A stretch of DNA of 64,000 bases from an uncultured delta proteobacterium. Its GTDB lineage: Bacteria > Myxococcota_A > Polyangia > Haliangiales > Haliangiaceae. Of the stretch, positions 11,619 through 22,762 are shown in pieces. Below the pieces are notes generated by a model. It saw only the letters and a list, made by a program, of their open reading frames with translations. It did not search any database and was not told the DNA's origin. The stretch lies in NCBI GenBank assembly GCA_963848295.1, contig CAWKDB010000002.1, positions 1,248,001-1,312,000 of the forward strand, given 5' to 3'. Each line of letters starts with the position of its first letter. Positions within the stretch are counted from its first letter, which is position 1. The translations under genes and the position numbers were made by a program.

Positions 11619-13247
11619 TCAGAACCAGAACGACGCGCCGAGCATGAACATCAGGTAGTGGCTCTTGTACGTGCCCTCGTTGACCGGGCTCTCGGCCTGG
11701 TGCGTGGAGTCGATCAGCGGGTTGACCGGGTTCGGCCCCTTCTGCTCGTTCTGCGGCAGATCGGTGCCGGTCGGCGACGCGGGATAGCCCGGCGTGCCGC
11801 CACAACCTTCATCCCCTGGCGCTGCGGTCGGGTTGCACGTCCGGTCGTCGGTCCGCGTTCCCTCGAGCACCCCGCCGAACCCGGCGTCGATCTCGATCCG
11901 CTTCATCTTGTAGCCGACGCCGGCGGTCAGCGTCGTGCGCGCCGCGCCGTCGAGGTCCGCGCGCTCCCACCCCGGCTTCGCCGCCGCGGTGTCGTAGGCC
12001 ACGCCGCCGCGGAGGATCAGATCGTGGCCGCCCGCGGGAATGATGTAGCTGCCGCCGAGCCGCACGCCGTAGGTGTCTTGGAGGCCGTGCTCGATGACGC
12101 TGTCCTTGAGGCTGAGCGCCTGGTTGATCACGCCGTCGACGACGACGCGGTAGTTCGACACGCTATCGGCGCCCCAGTTCTCCCAATCGAGATCGAGCTC
12201 GATGTCGCCCTGGAGCTTGCCATCGCGGCCGAGGAACTTGTAGCGACCGCCGACCTGGGCGTTCATCGGCAGCGCGAGGCTGACGCACGCCTTGAGCGCC
12301 GCCGGCGTGCCACCCGGGGCGCAGCGCGCGAGGGGGTCGGTCGGCGGGGTGATCGTGACGGGCTGACCGCCGACCGAGACCGCAGGGCCGTTCGCCGCGA
12401 CCGCGGTGCCCTTCGCGTTGATGTCGAACTCCGACGTATAGTTCGCGCCGAACTCGAGCTGGGGCGTCGGCCGATACGTCGCTCCGGCCGCGAACTGCGG
12501 CACGAAGTTGTCCTTCGCGTCGACCGTGAACATGCCGTCGTTCTCGATCCACTCGTCGTAGTTCTCGGGGATGCCCCACAGCACGGTCGTCGACTTGAGT
12601 GACGCGAGGCCGGCGGAGAACCGCGCGCCGATATCGATAGGGATGTTCGGCAGCGAGTACGCGACGACGACGCTCGGCAGGATCACCGTCGCCTGCTGCT
12701 GCATGATGTCGTAGCGGGTCGGCGGCGGTGGCACCGACGAGCCGCTGTTGAACACGAACTTCTGGCCGTTGACCGTCGTCATGTCGCGGAACGGATACGC
12801 GTTCGGGGCGTAGACGCCGGCCGCGACGTGCAGGCCGGTCACCGCGCCGCCGAGATCCGAGACGATCGCGATCACCGGCACGGGCTGGAACGATCCGATG
12901 CCGAGCGGCGGATCGACCTGGTTCGTCACCTTCGGATACGCCTGACCGACGTAGCCCGGCTGGGGCTCGCCCATCGCGTCGAGCTCGGTGATCCGGTCAT
13001 ACGTGCCGTTGCGAGTGAACGACATGAAGTAGTCGAGCGCCGCGATGCCGATCGTGACGGTCGTGCCCTTGGCCTTCGCGATCCCGGCCGGGTTGATCGC
13101 GATCGCCTCGCCATCATCGGTCGCTGCGACCGAGGCACCTGCGCGCGACGTCGACACCGCGCCGGCGCCCGGGATGTACAGCCCGCCGGCGACCGCAGAC
13201 CCCGCCAACAACGTCGCGACCGTGAACGCTGACCAACTCGGCTTCAT
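11619..13247 (-). CDS. OMPP1/FadL/TodX-family outer-membrane transport protein
   Basis: Signal peptide; N-terminal GAGAVSTSRAGASVA...INPAG hatch motif; LRGGVAYD; C-terminal Phe (GASFWF). Confidence 0.8.
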   Translation of the reverse strand: MKPSWSAFTVATLLAGSAVAGGLYIPGAGAVSTSRAGASVAATDDGEAIAINPAGIAKAKGTTVTIGIAALDYFMSFTRNGTYDRITELDAMGEPQPGYVGQAYPKVTNQVDPPLGIGSFQPVPVIAIVSDLGGAVTGLHVAAGVYAPNAYPFRDMTTVNGQKFVFNSGSSVPPPPTRYDIMQQQATVILPSVVVAYSLPNIPIDIGARFSAGLASLKSTTVLWGIPENYDEWIENDGMFTVDAKDNFVPQFAAGATYRPTPQLEFGANYTSEFDINAKGTAVAANGPAVSVGGQPVTITPPTDPLARCAPGGTPAALKACVSLALPMNAQVGGRYKFLGRDGKLQGDIELDLDWENWGADSVSNYRVVVDGVINQALSLKDSVIEHGLQDTYGVRLGGSYIIPAGGHDLILRGGVAYDTAAAKPGWERADLDGAARTTLTAGVGYKMKRIEIDAGFGGVLEGTRTDDRTCNPTAAPGDEGCGGTPGYPASPTGTDLPQNEQKGPNPVNPLIDSTHQAESPVNEGTYKSHYLMFMLGASFWF

Positions 13248-13329
13248 GAGGGCCGCCACCCTAAAACAATAGAACGGGTAAAACCAACCGAAACCGCACC
13301 CCGTGGTGCACTATCGGCCAGGTACCCCG

Positions 13330-13614
13330 ATGAAGGACGACGCGCTCCAGAAGCTGATCGACAACCTCACCGCGCACGCGCCGAACTACGAAGTCCGGAT
13401 CGACACCGACTTCGCGCACGGGGTCGGCAGCACGGCCCGCGTCGCGGCTGAAGCAGAGCGGGTGCGAGTCGAAGCCCTGCGGCGCGGCGACCGCGTCGCG
13501 CACGTGATCGAGAACGGCCGGACGACGGTCGCGGGTATCGTGCATCGATCGCAGGCCCTGGCGCTCATCGCCGCCGGTGCGAAGTACGTCGGGCCCGATC
13601 ACTACGCGCCGTAA
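13330..13614 (+). CDS. Small hypothetical protein
   Basis: Plausible codon usage; fills the gap between genes; no recognised motif. Confidence 0.55.
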   Translation: MKDDALQKLIDNLTAHAPNYEVRIDTDFAHGVGSTARVAAEAERVRVEALRRGDRVAHVIENGRTTVAGIVHRSQALALIAAGAKYVGPDHYAP

Positions 13615-13669
13615 TCGGCCATCGTACGGCGTCGTTGATCGGCCGAACCTTGCACGCTACGATCGACAG

Positions 13670-14221
13670 ATGACCACGACGCGTCTCGCGATCTTCGGGC
13701 TCGTGTTTGGTGCGGCATGCCAGGCGATGTACGGCGCGAAGCCGGCGCCCATCGGGCGGGTCGAGCCGATTCATCACGTGGTCACCGAGCCTCCGGCGCC
13801 GGCCGTCAAGTACGTCGAAGAATGCCAGTCCGACTTCCAGGTCGATGCGAAGAGGATCGGCCTCGTGCCGCAACCGGAGATCGCCAACAAGCTGACCGCC
13901 GCGGGCGACGCCGCGATCAACAGCGCCGACAAGGCGACCGATGACCACGCGAAGGTGAGCCTGTTGACCGACGCGATTCGCGAGTACAGCAATGCGCTGA
14001 TCAAGGATCCGTACAACCCCGAGGCGACCCTCGAGCTCGCGCGCGCGTACGATCGCGTGCTGCGCAAAGGCTGTGCGCTCGCGATGCTCGGGCGCCTCGC
14101 CAAGCTGTCGAACCATCCCGCGTTTGCGAAGCAGGCGAATCTCACGATCGCGCGGATCGATGACAACGCGGGCTGGTTCCGCGGCTATCGCAAAGACGCG
14201 CTCGCGGCCGTCGGGCACTAG
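13670..14221 (+). CDS. Putative lipoprotein with a TPR-like repeat
   Basis: Lipobox FGAAC; AIREYSNALIKDPYNPEATLELARAY. Confidence 0.7.
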   Translation: MTTTRLAIFGLVFGAACQAMYGAKPAPIGRVEPIHHVVTEPPAPAVKYVEECQSDFQVDAKRIGLVPQPEIANKLTAAGDAAINSADKATDDHAKVSLLTDAIREYSNALIKDPYNPEATLELARAYDRVLRKGCALAMLGRLAKLSNHPAFAKQANLTIARIDDNAGWFRGYRKDALAAVGH

Positions 14222-14225
14222 GCCG

Positions 14226-16175
14226 CTAACCCGCGCGCCGGCGTTCGTACATCGCGATGTGCGTCAGCAAGATCGCGATCGCCGCCGGCGTGACGCCGCT
14301 GATCCGCGACGCCTGACCGACCGAGCGCGGGCGGATCGCCTCGAGCTTCTCGACCACCTCGCGCGACAGGCCGGAGATCACCGCGAAGTCGATGTCGTCG
14401 GGTACGCGCACGCTGTCGGCGCGCTGCAAGCGTGCGGCGTCGCTCTCTTGCCGCTTCAGGTACCCCGCGTAGCACAGCTCGATCGCGACGCGCTCGAGCG
14501 CGGCGGCTCCGTGCAGCGACGGCGCGACGCCACCGGCGTTCGCGATCTGCTCGACCGCGGAGACGTCGAGCTCCGGGCGGCGCAACAGCTCGGCGAGCGT
14601 GACTCGGCGGCCGCTGATCGGCGACGAGCCGTGCTTGGCGAGCTGGGCGTTGACCGCGTCGGTGCCGAGCACGCTCGCGCGTTCGGCTCGATCGTGAACC
14701 GCGGCGAGCTCGCGCTGCCACGCTTCGAACGCGCGCCAGCGATCGTCGCCGACCAGGCCGAGCGCGCGCCCGATCGGCAGCAAGCGGTCGACCGCGTTGT
14801 CCTCGCGCAACAGCAGGCGAAACTCGGCGCGCGACGTCATCATCCGGTACGGCTCTTTCGTGCCGAGCGTCGTGAGGTCATCGACGAGCACGCCGGCGTA
14901 GGCCTGATCGCGGCGGAGGATCACCGGCTCGCTGTTGGTTCCTTCGCGCCCGAAGCCGAGCGCGACCGCCGCGTTGATCCCGGCGAGCAAGCCTTGGATC
15001 GCGGCCTCCTCGTAGCCCGACGTGCCGTTGATCTGCCCGGCGTGATAGAGGCCGGCCACCCGGCGGGTCTCGAGCGTGCCGAGCACCTCGCGCGGATCGA
15101 TGAAGTCGTACTCGACCGCGTAGCCCGGGCGCGTCATCTCGGCGCGCTCGAGCCCGGGGATCGTGCGCAGGAACGCGAGCTGGATGTCGAACGGCAGCGA
15201 TGTCGAGATCCCGTTCGGATACACCTCGCCGGCGCCATCTTGCCCGGTCTCGACGCTCTCCGGCTCGAGGTAGATCTGATGGCGGTCCTTGTCCGCGAAC
15301 CGGACGACCTTGTCTTCGATGCTCGGGCAATAACGCGGACCGGTGCCCGCGATGTCGCCGCGGAACAACGGCGAGCGCGGCAAGCCTTCGCGGATGATCG
15401 CGTGCGTGCGGACGTTCGTATAGGTGATCCAGCACGGCACTTGTGGCAACCGCGGTCGACCCGCCGGCGGCCAGGCGAACATCGGCGGTGGATCGTCGCC
15501 GGGCTGGAGCTCGAGCGCGTCGACCTCGAGCGTGCGGCGATCGAGCCGGCACGGCGTGCCGGTCTTCAACCGCGCGAGCGGAAACCCGAGCTGATCGAGT
15601 GAGCCCGACAAGCTCACCGCCGGTGCTTCACCCGCGCGACCACCGGCCGCGCGCGCCTCGCCGACGAAGATCGCGCCGCGCAAGAACGTGCCCGTCGTGA
15701 GGATCACGGCGCGCGCGCGATAGGTCACGCCCATCGTCGTGGTGACGCCGACGACGCGCGGCCGGGCGCCGCTGGAATCGACCTCGAGTCGCGCGACCTC
15801 GCCTTGGCGCAGCGCGAGCCGGTCGCAGCGCTCGAGCTTGCCCCGCATCGCGTCGCGATACCGCCGCTTGTCGGCCTGCGCGCGGGTCGACCGCACCGCC
15901 GGGCCTTTGCTGGCGTTGAGCCGGCGGAATTGGATGCCGGTCTCGTCGATCACGTTCGCCATCTCGCCGCCGAGCGCGTCGAGCTCCTTGACGAGATGGC
16001 CCTTCGCGACGCCGCCGATCGCCGGGTTGCACGACATCTGCGCGACCATGTCGAGGCTGCCGGTCAGCGCGAGCGTCCGCGCACCGAGCCGAGCCGCCGC
16101 GAGCGCGGCCTCGCACCCGGCGTGGCCAGCGCCGACGACGATGACGTCGTAGCTATCGGGATACGCGTAGCTCAA
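14226..16175 (-). CDS. mnmG: tRNA uridine 5-carboxymethylaminomethyl modification enzyme MnmG (GidA)
   Basis: [71 protein letters not shown]. The TTG start at 16175 overlaps the upstream stop. Confidence 0.96.
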   Translation of the reverse strand: MSYAYPDSYDVIVVGAGHAGCEAALAAARLGARTLALTGSLDMVAQMSCNPAIGGVAKGHLVKELDALGGEMANVIDETGIQFRRLNASKGPAVRSTRAQADKRRYRDAMRGKLERCDRLALRQGEVARLEVDSSGARPRVVGVTTTMGVTYRARAVILTTGTFLRGAIFVGEARAAGGRAGEAPAVSLSGSLDQLGFPLARLKTGTPCRLDRRTLEVDALELQPGDDPPPMFAWPPAGRPRLPQVPCWITYTNVRTHAIIREGLPRSPLFRGDIAGTGPRYCPSIEDKVVRFADKDRHQIYLEPESVETGQDGAGEVYPNGISTSLPFDIQLAFLRTIPGLERAEMTRPGYAVEYDFIDPREVLGTLETRRVAGLYHAGQINGTSGYEEAAIQGLLAGINAAVALGFGREGTNSEPVILRRDQAYAGVLVDDLTTLGTKEPYRMMTSRAEFRLLLREDNAVDRLLPIGRALGLVGDDRWRAFEAWQRELAAVHDRAERASVLGTDAVNAQLAKHGSSPISGRRVTLAELLRRPELDVSAVEQIANAGGVAPSLHGAAALERVAIELCYAGYLKRQESDAARLQRADSVRVPDDIDFAVISGLSREVVEKLEAIRPRSVGQASRISGVTPAAIAILLTHIAMYERRRAG

Positions 16176-16882
16176 TTCGGGTCGTTTCCCCCGGGCTGGC
16201 CGGGCGCGGGCGGCGGCGGACCGTGTCCGCACGCGGGGTCGCCGTGCATTTGACTCGGCACGCGCTTGTAGACCTCGAGGCCCAAGCGCACGAGCAACTC
16301 GCTCGGATGCAGCTGGTCCGGCGCGTGGCCGGTATCCCACGTTAGGCCTTTGACCTTCACCGTGCCGCAGAAGTCTTCGACGCCATGCTTGTACGCGGCG
16401 TACTTCGGCTTCGCGTCGTCGAGCTCCTCGAACGAGCACACGCCCGGGCTGCCGCACGAGAACAGAAACGAATCGTACCAACTCTTCGTCGCGGTCCCGA
16501 GCTCGCGAATCGCGAAGGCCGCCGACACGCCTTCGGGCTTGCTCGCGCGCAGCTCGACCGGCGTCGTCGCGCCGGCCGGCAAGTCGACGTAGAAGCATTC
16601 TTCCGCGCGCTCCGGCGACTTGTAGACCGTGGTGTCGCCGACGGTCGCCCACAATTCGTTCGGCGACGTCATCCGGATCTCGAACCGCTTGCTGCCATCG
16701 GTCGGCACGCCGGCGCCGCCGTCGTCGGGCGCGGTCAGCTCGCGGCACTTGCAGCCGGTCGGGTTGCACAGCGGGCCGACCAACGTGCCGCGCGTCGCCT
16801 TCGCGGGCGGTGGGCCGATCTCGATCTGATGGGCTCCGCCGGAACAGCCGGCGATCGCGAGGGCGATGAGCAGTGCGCGCAT
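16172..16882 (-). CDS. Hypothetical Cys-containing lipoprotein
   Basis: [13 protein letters not shown] lipobox; stop overlaps the mnmG start. Confidence 0.75.
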   Translation of the reverse strand: MRALLIALAIAGCSGGAHQIEIGPPPAKATRGTLVGPLCNPTGCKCRELTAPDDGGAGVPTDGSKRFEIRMTSPNELWATVGDTTVYKSPERAEECFYVDLPAGATTPVELRASKPEGVSAAFAIRELGTATKSWYDSFLFSCGSPGVCSFEELDDAKPKYAAYKHGVEDFCGTVKVKGLTWDTGHAPDQLHPSELLVRLGLEVYKRVPSQMHGDPACGHGPPPPAPGQPGGNDPN

Positions 16883-16975
16883 GGCCACCTTATACAAGCA
16901 ACGCGATCGTCGTGTCGGTGGTCGAAGCCGTACGTTGATCTGCAGCGTCGATCGGTGTATGAGCGAGAAACTTCA

Positions 16976-17770
16976 ATGATTTCGAAGGTTCGGGTTCTCG
17001 TCGTCTCCGCCGTCCTGGCCGCCGTCGCGGCCGGCTGTGGCGCCAAGACCGGCGTGGCGGTCGTCGAATACTCGGTGTCGGCGCAGAAGAACTACGACAA
17101 GGGCGAGAAGCAGCTCGACCAGAAGGACTGGATCGCCGCGGCGAAGTACTTCTCGTTCATCAAGAGTCGGTTCCCGTACTCGAAGTACGCCGTGCTCGCC
17201 GAGCTCCGGCTCGCGGATGCCGAGTTCGGCGCCGAGCAATACCTCGAGGCGATCGACAGCTACCGGCTGTTCATCAAGTTTCACCCGACCCACGAGCTCG
17301 TCGCGAACGGCTACACGTCGTTCCGGATCGGCGAGGCCTACTACAAGCAGCTGCCCGGCGACTTCTGGCTGTTCCCGCCGTCGTACGAGAAAGACCAATC
17401 ATCGACCGAGGACGCCGGCAGCGAGCTCAAGAGCTTCCTCGACCGCTATCCCGATTCGCCTTACCGCGATCAGGCCAAGAAGATCATCATCTCGCTCGGC
17501 AAGCGGCTCGCCGATCACGAGTGGTACGTCGCGCGCTATTACTGGGACCGCGGCAAGCCGATGGGCACGGTGCTGCGCTTGCGCCGGTTGCTCGAGCGGT
17601 TCCGCGGGGTCGGCTACGACGAAGAGGCGCTGTGGCTGCTCGGCAAAGCGTACGTCGCTGTCGACATGCGCGATCGCGCGAAGCTGACGTGGACCGAGCT
17701 CGCGACCAAATATCCGCACAGCCCGCGCTCGGCGGACGCGAAGAACGCGCTGGCATCGCTCGGCAAGTGA
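16976..17770 (+). CDS. bamD: Outer-membrane assembly lipoprotein BamD
   Basis: Lipobox [54 protein letters not shown]. Confidence 0.88.
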   Translation: MISKVRVLVVSAVLAAVAAGCGAKTGVAVVEYSVSAQKNYDKGEKQLDQKDWIAAAKYFSFIKSRFPYSKYAVLAELRLADAEFGAEQYLEAIDSYRLFIKFHPTHELVANGYTSFRIGEAYYKQLPGDFWLFPPSYEKDQSSTEDAGSELKSFLDRYPDSPYRDQAKKIIISLGKRLADHEWYVARYYWDRGKPMGTVLRLRRLLERFRGVGYDEEALWLLGKAYVAVDMRDRAKLTWTELATKYPHSPRSADAKNALASLGK

Positions 17771-17805
17771 CCGCCGACCACGGCTGATCGGTTAAGCTAG
17801 TGGCG

Positions 17806-18555
17806 ATGACCGAGGATCGGGCGGGTAAGCCCGTCGAGCAGCTGATCGCGCTGGGGCGCGAGCACTACAACGCCGGCGAATACGAGCGCGCGGAGCCGTT
17901 TCTCGCCGAAGCGGCGTCAGCGCGACCGAAGTTCCCCGACCTCTACAACATGCTCGGCGTCGTCTATCACAGCCAGGGCCGGTTCCAAGACGCCGAGGAG
18001 GCGTTCGAGAACGCGCTCAAGCTGAACCCGCGCTACACCGAAGCGGCGCTCAATCTGTCGGTCACGTACAACGATCGCGGCAAGTACGAGCGCGCCCGTG
18101 AGGTCTATGCGCGGGCGGTGTCGGCGTCGGTCGGCCAGCCGAACGCGCTCGATCGGTTCGCGCGCGGCAAGCTCGCGAACATGCACGCCGACCTCGGCGC
18201 CGCGTACACCGGGCTCGCGATGTTCGACGAAGCCGTGCGCGAGTACAGCAAGGCGCTGGACCTGTGCCCTGACTTCGCCGATCTCCGCGTCCGGCTCGGC
18301 AACGTCTATCGCGATATGGGCATGTCGCACGCCGCGGTCACCGAGTTCGAGCACGCGAAGAAGCTTCGGCCCGACTTCATGCCGGCGCGGATCCACCTCG
18401 GCGTCACGCTGTTTTCGCTCGGCAAGAAGGATGCGGCGATCGCCGAGTGGAACGCCGTGCTCGCGCTCGAGCCGGATAACAAGAGCGCGAGGCTCTACAT
18501 CCGGATGTGCAACGACGAGCACGGCCCACGCCCTGGCTCGGCGCTTCCCCGGTGA
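17806..18555 (+). CDS. Tetratricopeptide repeat protein
   Basis: Several TPRs ([41 protein letters not shown]). Confidence 0.88.
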   Translation: MTEDRAGKPVEQLIALGREHYNAGEYERAEPFLAEAASARPKFPDLYNMLGVVYHSQGRFQDAEEAFENALKLNPRYTEAALNLSVTYNDRGKYERAREVYARAVSASVGQPNALDRFARGKLANMHADLGAAYTGLAMFDEAVREYSKALDLCPDFADLRVRLGNVYRDMGMSHAAVTEFEHAKKLRPDFMPARIHLGVTLFSLGKKDAAIAEWNAVLALEPDNKSARLYIRMCNDEHGPRPGSALPR

Positions 18556-18595
18556 TTTCGACGGATCCGGCGCGCGATCCGTGTCACGGTAGTGC

Positions 18596-18775
18596 GTGCT
18601 CGTCAGTTGCAAGAACTGTGGCGGTCACTTCACGCCGCTCGAGCTGGCGTCGCGTCGTCCGCCGTTGCACCGCTGGGAGCTGACCCCCGTCGGCGCGCGC
18701 GTCGCACTCGAGAACGAAGCTCCGGGCGGAGATAGCCGGCGCTGCCCGGCGTGCGGCTGCGCGACGCTGCGCTAG
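18596..18775 (+). CDS. 59-aa zinc-ribbon-like microprotein (not in the ORF track)
   Basis: Manual translation GTG...TAG: MLVSCKNCGGHFTPLELASRRPPLHRWELTPVGARVALENEAPGGDSRRCPACGCATLR, with two CxxC pairs. Confidence 0.6.
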   Translation: MLVSCKNCGGHFTPLELASRRPPLHRWELTPVGARVALENEAPGGDSRRCPACGCATLR

Positions 18776-19756
18776 TTACGGCTTGGCGGTCTTCGGCACC
18801 GACAGCACGATGATGTAATCGTTGATCGGCGTCGCGAGCGCCTCGGCGACGCCACCGTCGTCGTCGTCGATCACGGTGCGCAGCGACACGACCTGCGCGA
18901 TGCCGCGCCGCTGGAGGCGATGGATGATGGCCGAGTCGTGGCAGTGGCCGGTGCCCGCGAGGATCACGAGGTGACCTTGGGGGTTCGCGAGCAGCCACTT
19001 CGCGGCGGTGTCGGCCATCGTCTCGTCCCACACGACTTGCACGGTGTAGACCCGATCGTCCGAAGGCATCGTCGTGGTCTTGTCGCCGCCGTGGGCATGC
19101 GCGTCGCCGCCCATCTCCTCCATCAACGTGTCGAACCAGGCGCGATGCGCGGTATCGCCGAGATCGAGCTGCGGCACCTGCGCGCTCTCTTTCGACGTCA
19201 GCGATTCGAGGCCGTGGTGCGCGATCTTCTTCGTCAGCTCCTCGCGCGGCGTTGAGCGCGAGCAGCGTCGCGTGCGCGGCGATCGCCACGTCGATCGTCG
19301 GGCCGTAGAACCCGAAGTCGTAGCCCCAGCGATCGTCCCAGCCCGGTGCGCGAGCGCAGGGCGGCCGCATCGATCCGGCCGTCGGCGTAGTCGTCGAGCA
19401 CGCCCTGGAACGGGCGCTGAAACATCTCCATCCCGAGCGCGAGCGTGCTTCCACCGCTTCGCGAGCTCGGTGACGACCTGGAGCTGCACCCAATGATGGT
19501 GCGGGTTCGTGTGCTCCTCGCCGATGCACACCGCGCGCTCGGTCGCGAGCTTGTCCCAGAACGCCGCTTCGGGGACTTGATGGCCCGTCCGCGCGTCGAG
19601 GATCGTGAACGGCAGCTCGGCCTTCGTGATGTCGACCGGCGGCTCTTTGGCCTTGCCCTCGCCACGGGATCCGGCCGGCAGCGTCGAGCCGCCGCGAATA
19701 CCGCCACACGCCACGACACAGCCAAGCGCGAGCGCAGCGAGGGCGCGGAAAGCCAT
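18776..19756 (-). CDS. ChaN/EreA-like (haem-uptake, Tiki superfamily) lipoprotein, with three apparent +1 insertions that restore frame
   Basis: Lipobox; [25 protein letters not shown] (shifted frame), [16 protein letters not shown]. Confidence 0.82.
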   Translation of the reverse strand: MAFRALAALALGCVVACGGIRGGSTLPAGSRGEGKAKEPPVDITKAELPFTILDARTGHQVPEAAFWDKLATERAVCIGEEHTNPHHHWVQLQVVTELAKRWKHARARDGDVSAPVPGRARRLRRRPDRCGRPALAHRAGTIAGATTSGSTARRSTWRSPRTRRCSRSTPREELTKKIAHHGLESLTSKESAQVPQLDLGDTAHRAWFDTLMEEMGGDAHAHGGDKTTTMPSDDRVYTVQVVWDETMADTAAKWLLANPQGHLVILAGTGHCHDSAIIHRLQRRGIAQVVSLRTVIDDDDGGVAEALATPINDYIIVLSVPKTAKP

Positions 19757-19779
19757 ACGTTGATGCTACACCGAGCGCG

Positions 19780-20807
19780 ATGGACCTGCCGTACCTCACC
19801 GCCGACCTCGTGGGCATCGCGCGGCGCACTGCGCACGACGCCGGAGGACTTCGTGGTCGACGAGGAGCCAGCGTATCCGGCGGCCGGCACGGGCGATCAC
19901 GTGTTCGTCCGGATCGAGAAGCGCGGGATCAACACCGCCGATGCGGCGAAGGCGCTCGCGCGGGCGCTCGGGGTCGCCGAGCGCGACATCGGCATCGCCG
20001 GCATGAAAGATCGCCATGCGGTGACTCGGCAATGGCTCAGCGTGCCGCCGCCGGTGCACCCCGACGCGGTCACGGCGCTCGCGCTCGACCACGTCAAGAT
20101 CCTCGAGGTCGTGCGTCATCCGCACAAGCTGCGCACCGGGCACGTGCGCGGTAATCGGTTCACGCCTGCGCGTGCGAGGCGTCGCGGCGGGTGCGGTGGA
20201 TCGAGCGCGCGCGATCCTCGACCGACTCGCGCGGCCACCGGGCGCGCCGAACTGGTACGGCGAGCAGCGCTTCGGTCGCGACGGCGACAACGCGGCGCGC
20301 GGACGGGCGATCGTGATGGGGGAGCCAGCGCCGCGCGATCGCCGCCTCGCGCGCTTGCTGATCTCCGCGCTGCAGTCCGAGCTGTTCAACGCGTGGCTCG
20401 TCGCGCGCATCGCAGACGGCTTGTATGCGACGGCGATCGCCGGCGACCTGTTGCACAAGGCCTCGGGCGGTCAGTTCACGTGCGACGATCCGGCGACCGA
20501 CACCGCGCGCCTCGCCGCCGGCGAGCTCGTGATCACCGGGCCGATGTTCGGCGATCGCATGCGCCGGCCGCCGGAGGGTGCGCCCGCGGCCGCGCGTGAA
20601 GATGCGATCCTCACCGCCGCCGGGCTCGATCGCGACAGCTTCGCTAAGGTCCGCTCGATCGCCGAGGGCACGCGGCGCGACGCTTCGATCCAGGTCGGCT
20701 CGCCGACGGTCGCCGCGGTCGACGACGACGACGGCGCGCTCGCCATCTCGTTCGCGCTGCCCGGCGGCGCCTACGCGACCGCGGTGATGCGCGAGGTCAT
20801 GAAGTAG
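19780..20807 (+). CDS. truD: tRNA pseudouridine synthase TruD, with apparent frameshifts (~19820, ~20166)
   Basis: [62 protein letters not shown]. Confidence 0.92.
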
Positions 20808-20884
20808 CGACCCGGCGCACGGTCGCGGGTGTGTCACGGCCCAGCGTCCTTGCGAACGCGACATTGGTGCTAACGTCCCCGTCG

Positions 20885-21538
20885 ATGGATCTGTCGAGCC
20901 AGTTCGTCGCGTTCGCGCAACTCGGGGCCAGCTGGGTGCTGTGGTTGCTCGTCGCGCTCTCCGTGCTTTCGATCGGCGTCATGATCGACCGCTGGCTGTG
21001 GTTTCGCGCGAGAGAGACCGATACCGCGTCGTTCACCCGCGAGCTGCGCGGTGCGTTCGAGCGCGACGAGCTCGAGCGGCTCGAGACCAAGTACAAGGAC
21101 GATCCGGCGGTGTCGGTGCAGGTCGCGTTGCGCGGGCTCGAGGCGCGCGAGCACGGCGCCGATGCGGTCGCCGAGGCGATGCAGTCCGAGCGCCTGCGCT
21201 GGCGCAACGCCGGCGACCGCAACCTGATCGTGCTGGGCACGCTCGGTAACAACGTGCCGTTCGTCGGCCTGTTCGGCACCGTGCTCGGCGTCATCAATGC
21301 GTTCGAGAACCTGCGCATCCAGACGCCGGCCGCCCAGGACCGCACGCTCGATCTGATCGCCGAGGCGCTGTCGGCGACCGCGTTCGGCCTGCTCGTCGCG
21401 ATTCCGGCCGTCGTCGCGTTCAACTACTTCAACCGCCGGCTCAAGGTCGTGCTCGGCACCGCGGACGAGTGCGCACACACCGTGCTCGGCCTGGTCTACG
21501 CGTCGCCGACCAAGGAGGCTTCCGGTGGCGGGAAGTAG
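20885..21538 (+). CDS. exbB: MotA/TolQ/ExbB proton channel protein
   Basis: [47 protein letters not shown]. Confidence 0.9.
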   Translation: MDLSSQFVAFAQLGASWVLWLLVALSVLSIGVMIDRWLWFRARETDTASFTRELRGAFERDELERLETKYKDDPAVSVQVALRGLEAREHGADAVAEAMQSERLRWRNAGDRNLIVLGTLGNNVPFVGLFGTVLGVINAFENLRIQTPAAQDRTLDLIAEALSATAFGLLVAIPAVVAFNYFNRRLKVVLGTADECAHTVLGLVYASPTKEASGGGK

Positions 21539-21941
21539 CCTCTATCAGGACGAAGACGCCTCGGCGATCACCGACATCAACATCACGCCGTTCGTCGACG
21601 TCGTGCTCGTGCTGCTCGTCGTGTTCATCGTCACCGCGAAGCTGCTCGTCGCGCGCGGCGTCGACGTCGACAAGCCTAAGGAATCGCACGGGGGCGTCGA
21701 GCCGGCCGGGTTGCTGCTCTCGGTGACCAAGGACGGCGAGCTGTTCATCAACGGCGACAAGTTCACGGACGACGCCGCCGCGGTCGCGAGGATCCGGAAG
21801 ATCGCCTCGGGCTCGAAGGGGACCCCCAAGGCGATCATCGCCGGCGATCGCAAGGCGGCCTACGGCGGGGTCGCCCACGCGATCAACCTGTGCCTGGACG
21901 CGGACGTGACCGCGATCGCGCTCGAGAACGTCCAACCGTAG
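21525..21941 (+). CDS. exbD: ExbD/TolR family protein
   Basis: [32 protein letters not shown]. Confidence 0.9.
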   Translation: MAGSSLYQDEDASAITDINITPFVDVVLVLLVVFIVTAKLLVARGVDVDKPKESHGGVEPAGLLLSVTKDGELFINGDKFTDDAAAVARIRKIASGSKGTPKAIIAGDRKAAYGGVAHAINLCLDADVTAIALENVQP

Positions 21942-21976
21942 CGACCTCGCGCCACGGGCTTGCTACGCTTGGCGCA

Positions 21977-22759
21977 GTGCGCTGGGACTCTCCGATCGTG
22001 CTCGCGTTCGCCGGAACGCTCGCGATCCATACGATCGTCGCGGTCGCCGCCGACGCGCTCGTCGTGACCCATCCGTTCCGTCCACCGGACCCGACGCCGC
22101 CGAAGGTCACGATGATCGACGTGACGGTCGAAACCAAGGTCGACAAGCCCGATCCCGAGCCTCCCAAGGTCCCGGATCCGGTTCCGACGCCGGTGGTCCC
22201 GACGCCGCCGGTCCCGCACCCGGTCCGGGCAAAGGCCCAGGTCGCTCAGACGCAAGCGCCGGCCCAGCCCGTGATGATCGAGCACGTGCCGGATAGCGGC
22301 GGCGGTCAAGTCGTGGCGCTCGAGGGCATCGCGCCGTCCGCGACCGGGATCGCGGTGCGGTCGGGCTCGACCGCGTCGGGGCATCTCGCGCAGGGTGGCA
22401 ACGGCACGGGCACGGGCGCCGGCGCAGGGGCAGGCGCAGGTGACGCGGCGCCGATGTCGGTCGCGACGATCAAGACGCGGGCGATGCCGAAGGGCGACTA
22501 CGGCTACTTCGACGCGGGGAGGGATTATCCGCAGGAGGCCAAGCAGCTCGGGATCGAGGGCCCGCTGCGCGTGCGGCTCGTGGTCGACGACCAGGGCCAT
22601 GTGAAGACCGCGACGCTGCTCAACCATCTCGGTCACGGGCTCGACGAGCTCGCGGTCGACCGCGCGCGCAAGATCGAGTTCGAGCCGGCCCGCGACAGCG
22701 ACGACCATCCGGTCGCCTCGGTCGTCGTCTGGACGTTCCAGATGACGTTACCGAAGTAG
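21977..22759 (+). CDS. tonB: Energy transducer TonB
   Basis: N-terminal TM with His; Pro-rich linker; TonB_C YPQEAKQLGIEG...VDDQG...GLDELA...FEPA. Confidence 0.88.
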   Translation: MRWDSPIVLAFAGTLAIHTIVAVAADALVVTHPFRPPDPTPPKVTMIDVTVETKVDKPDPEPPKVPDPVPTPVVPTPPVPHPVRAKAQVAQTQAPAQPVMIEHVPDSGGGQVVALEGIAPSATGIAVRSGSTASGHLAQGGNGTGTGAGAGAGAGDAAPMSVATIKTRAMPKGDYGYFDAGRDYPQEAKQLGIEGPLRVRLVVDDQGHVKTATLLNHLGHGLDELAVDRARKIEFEPARDSDDHPVASVVVWTFQMTLPK

Positions 22760-22762
22760 GCC

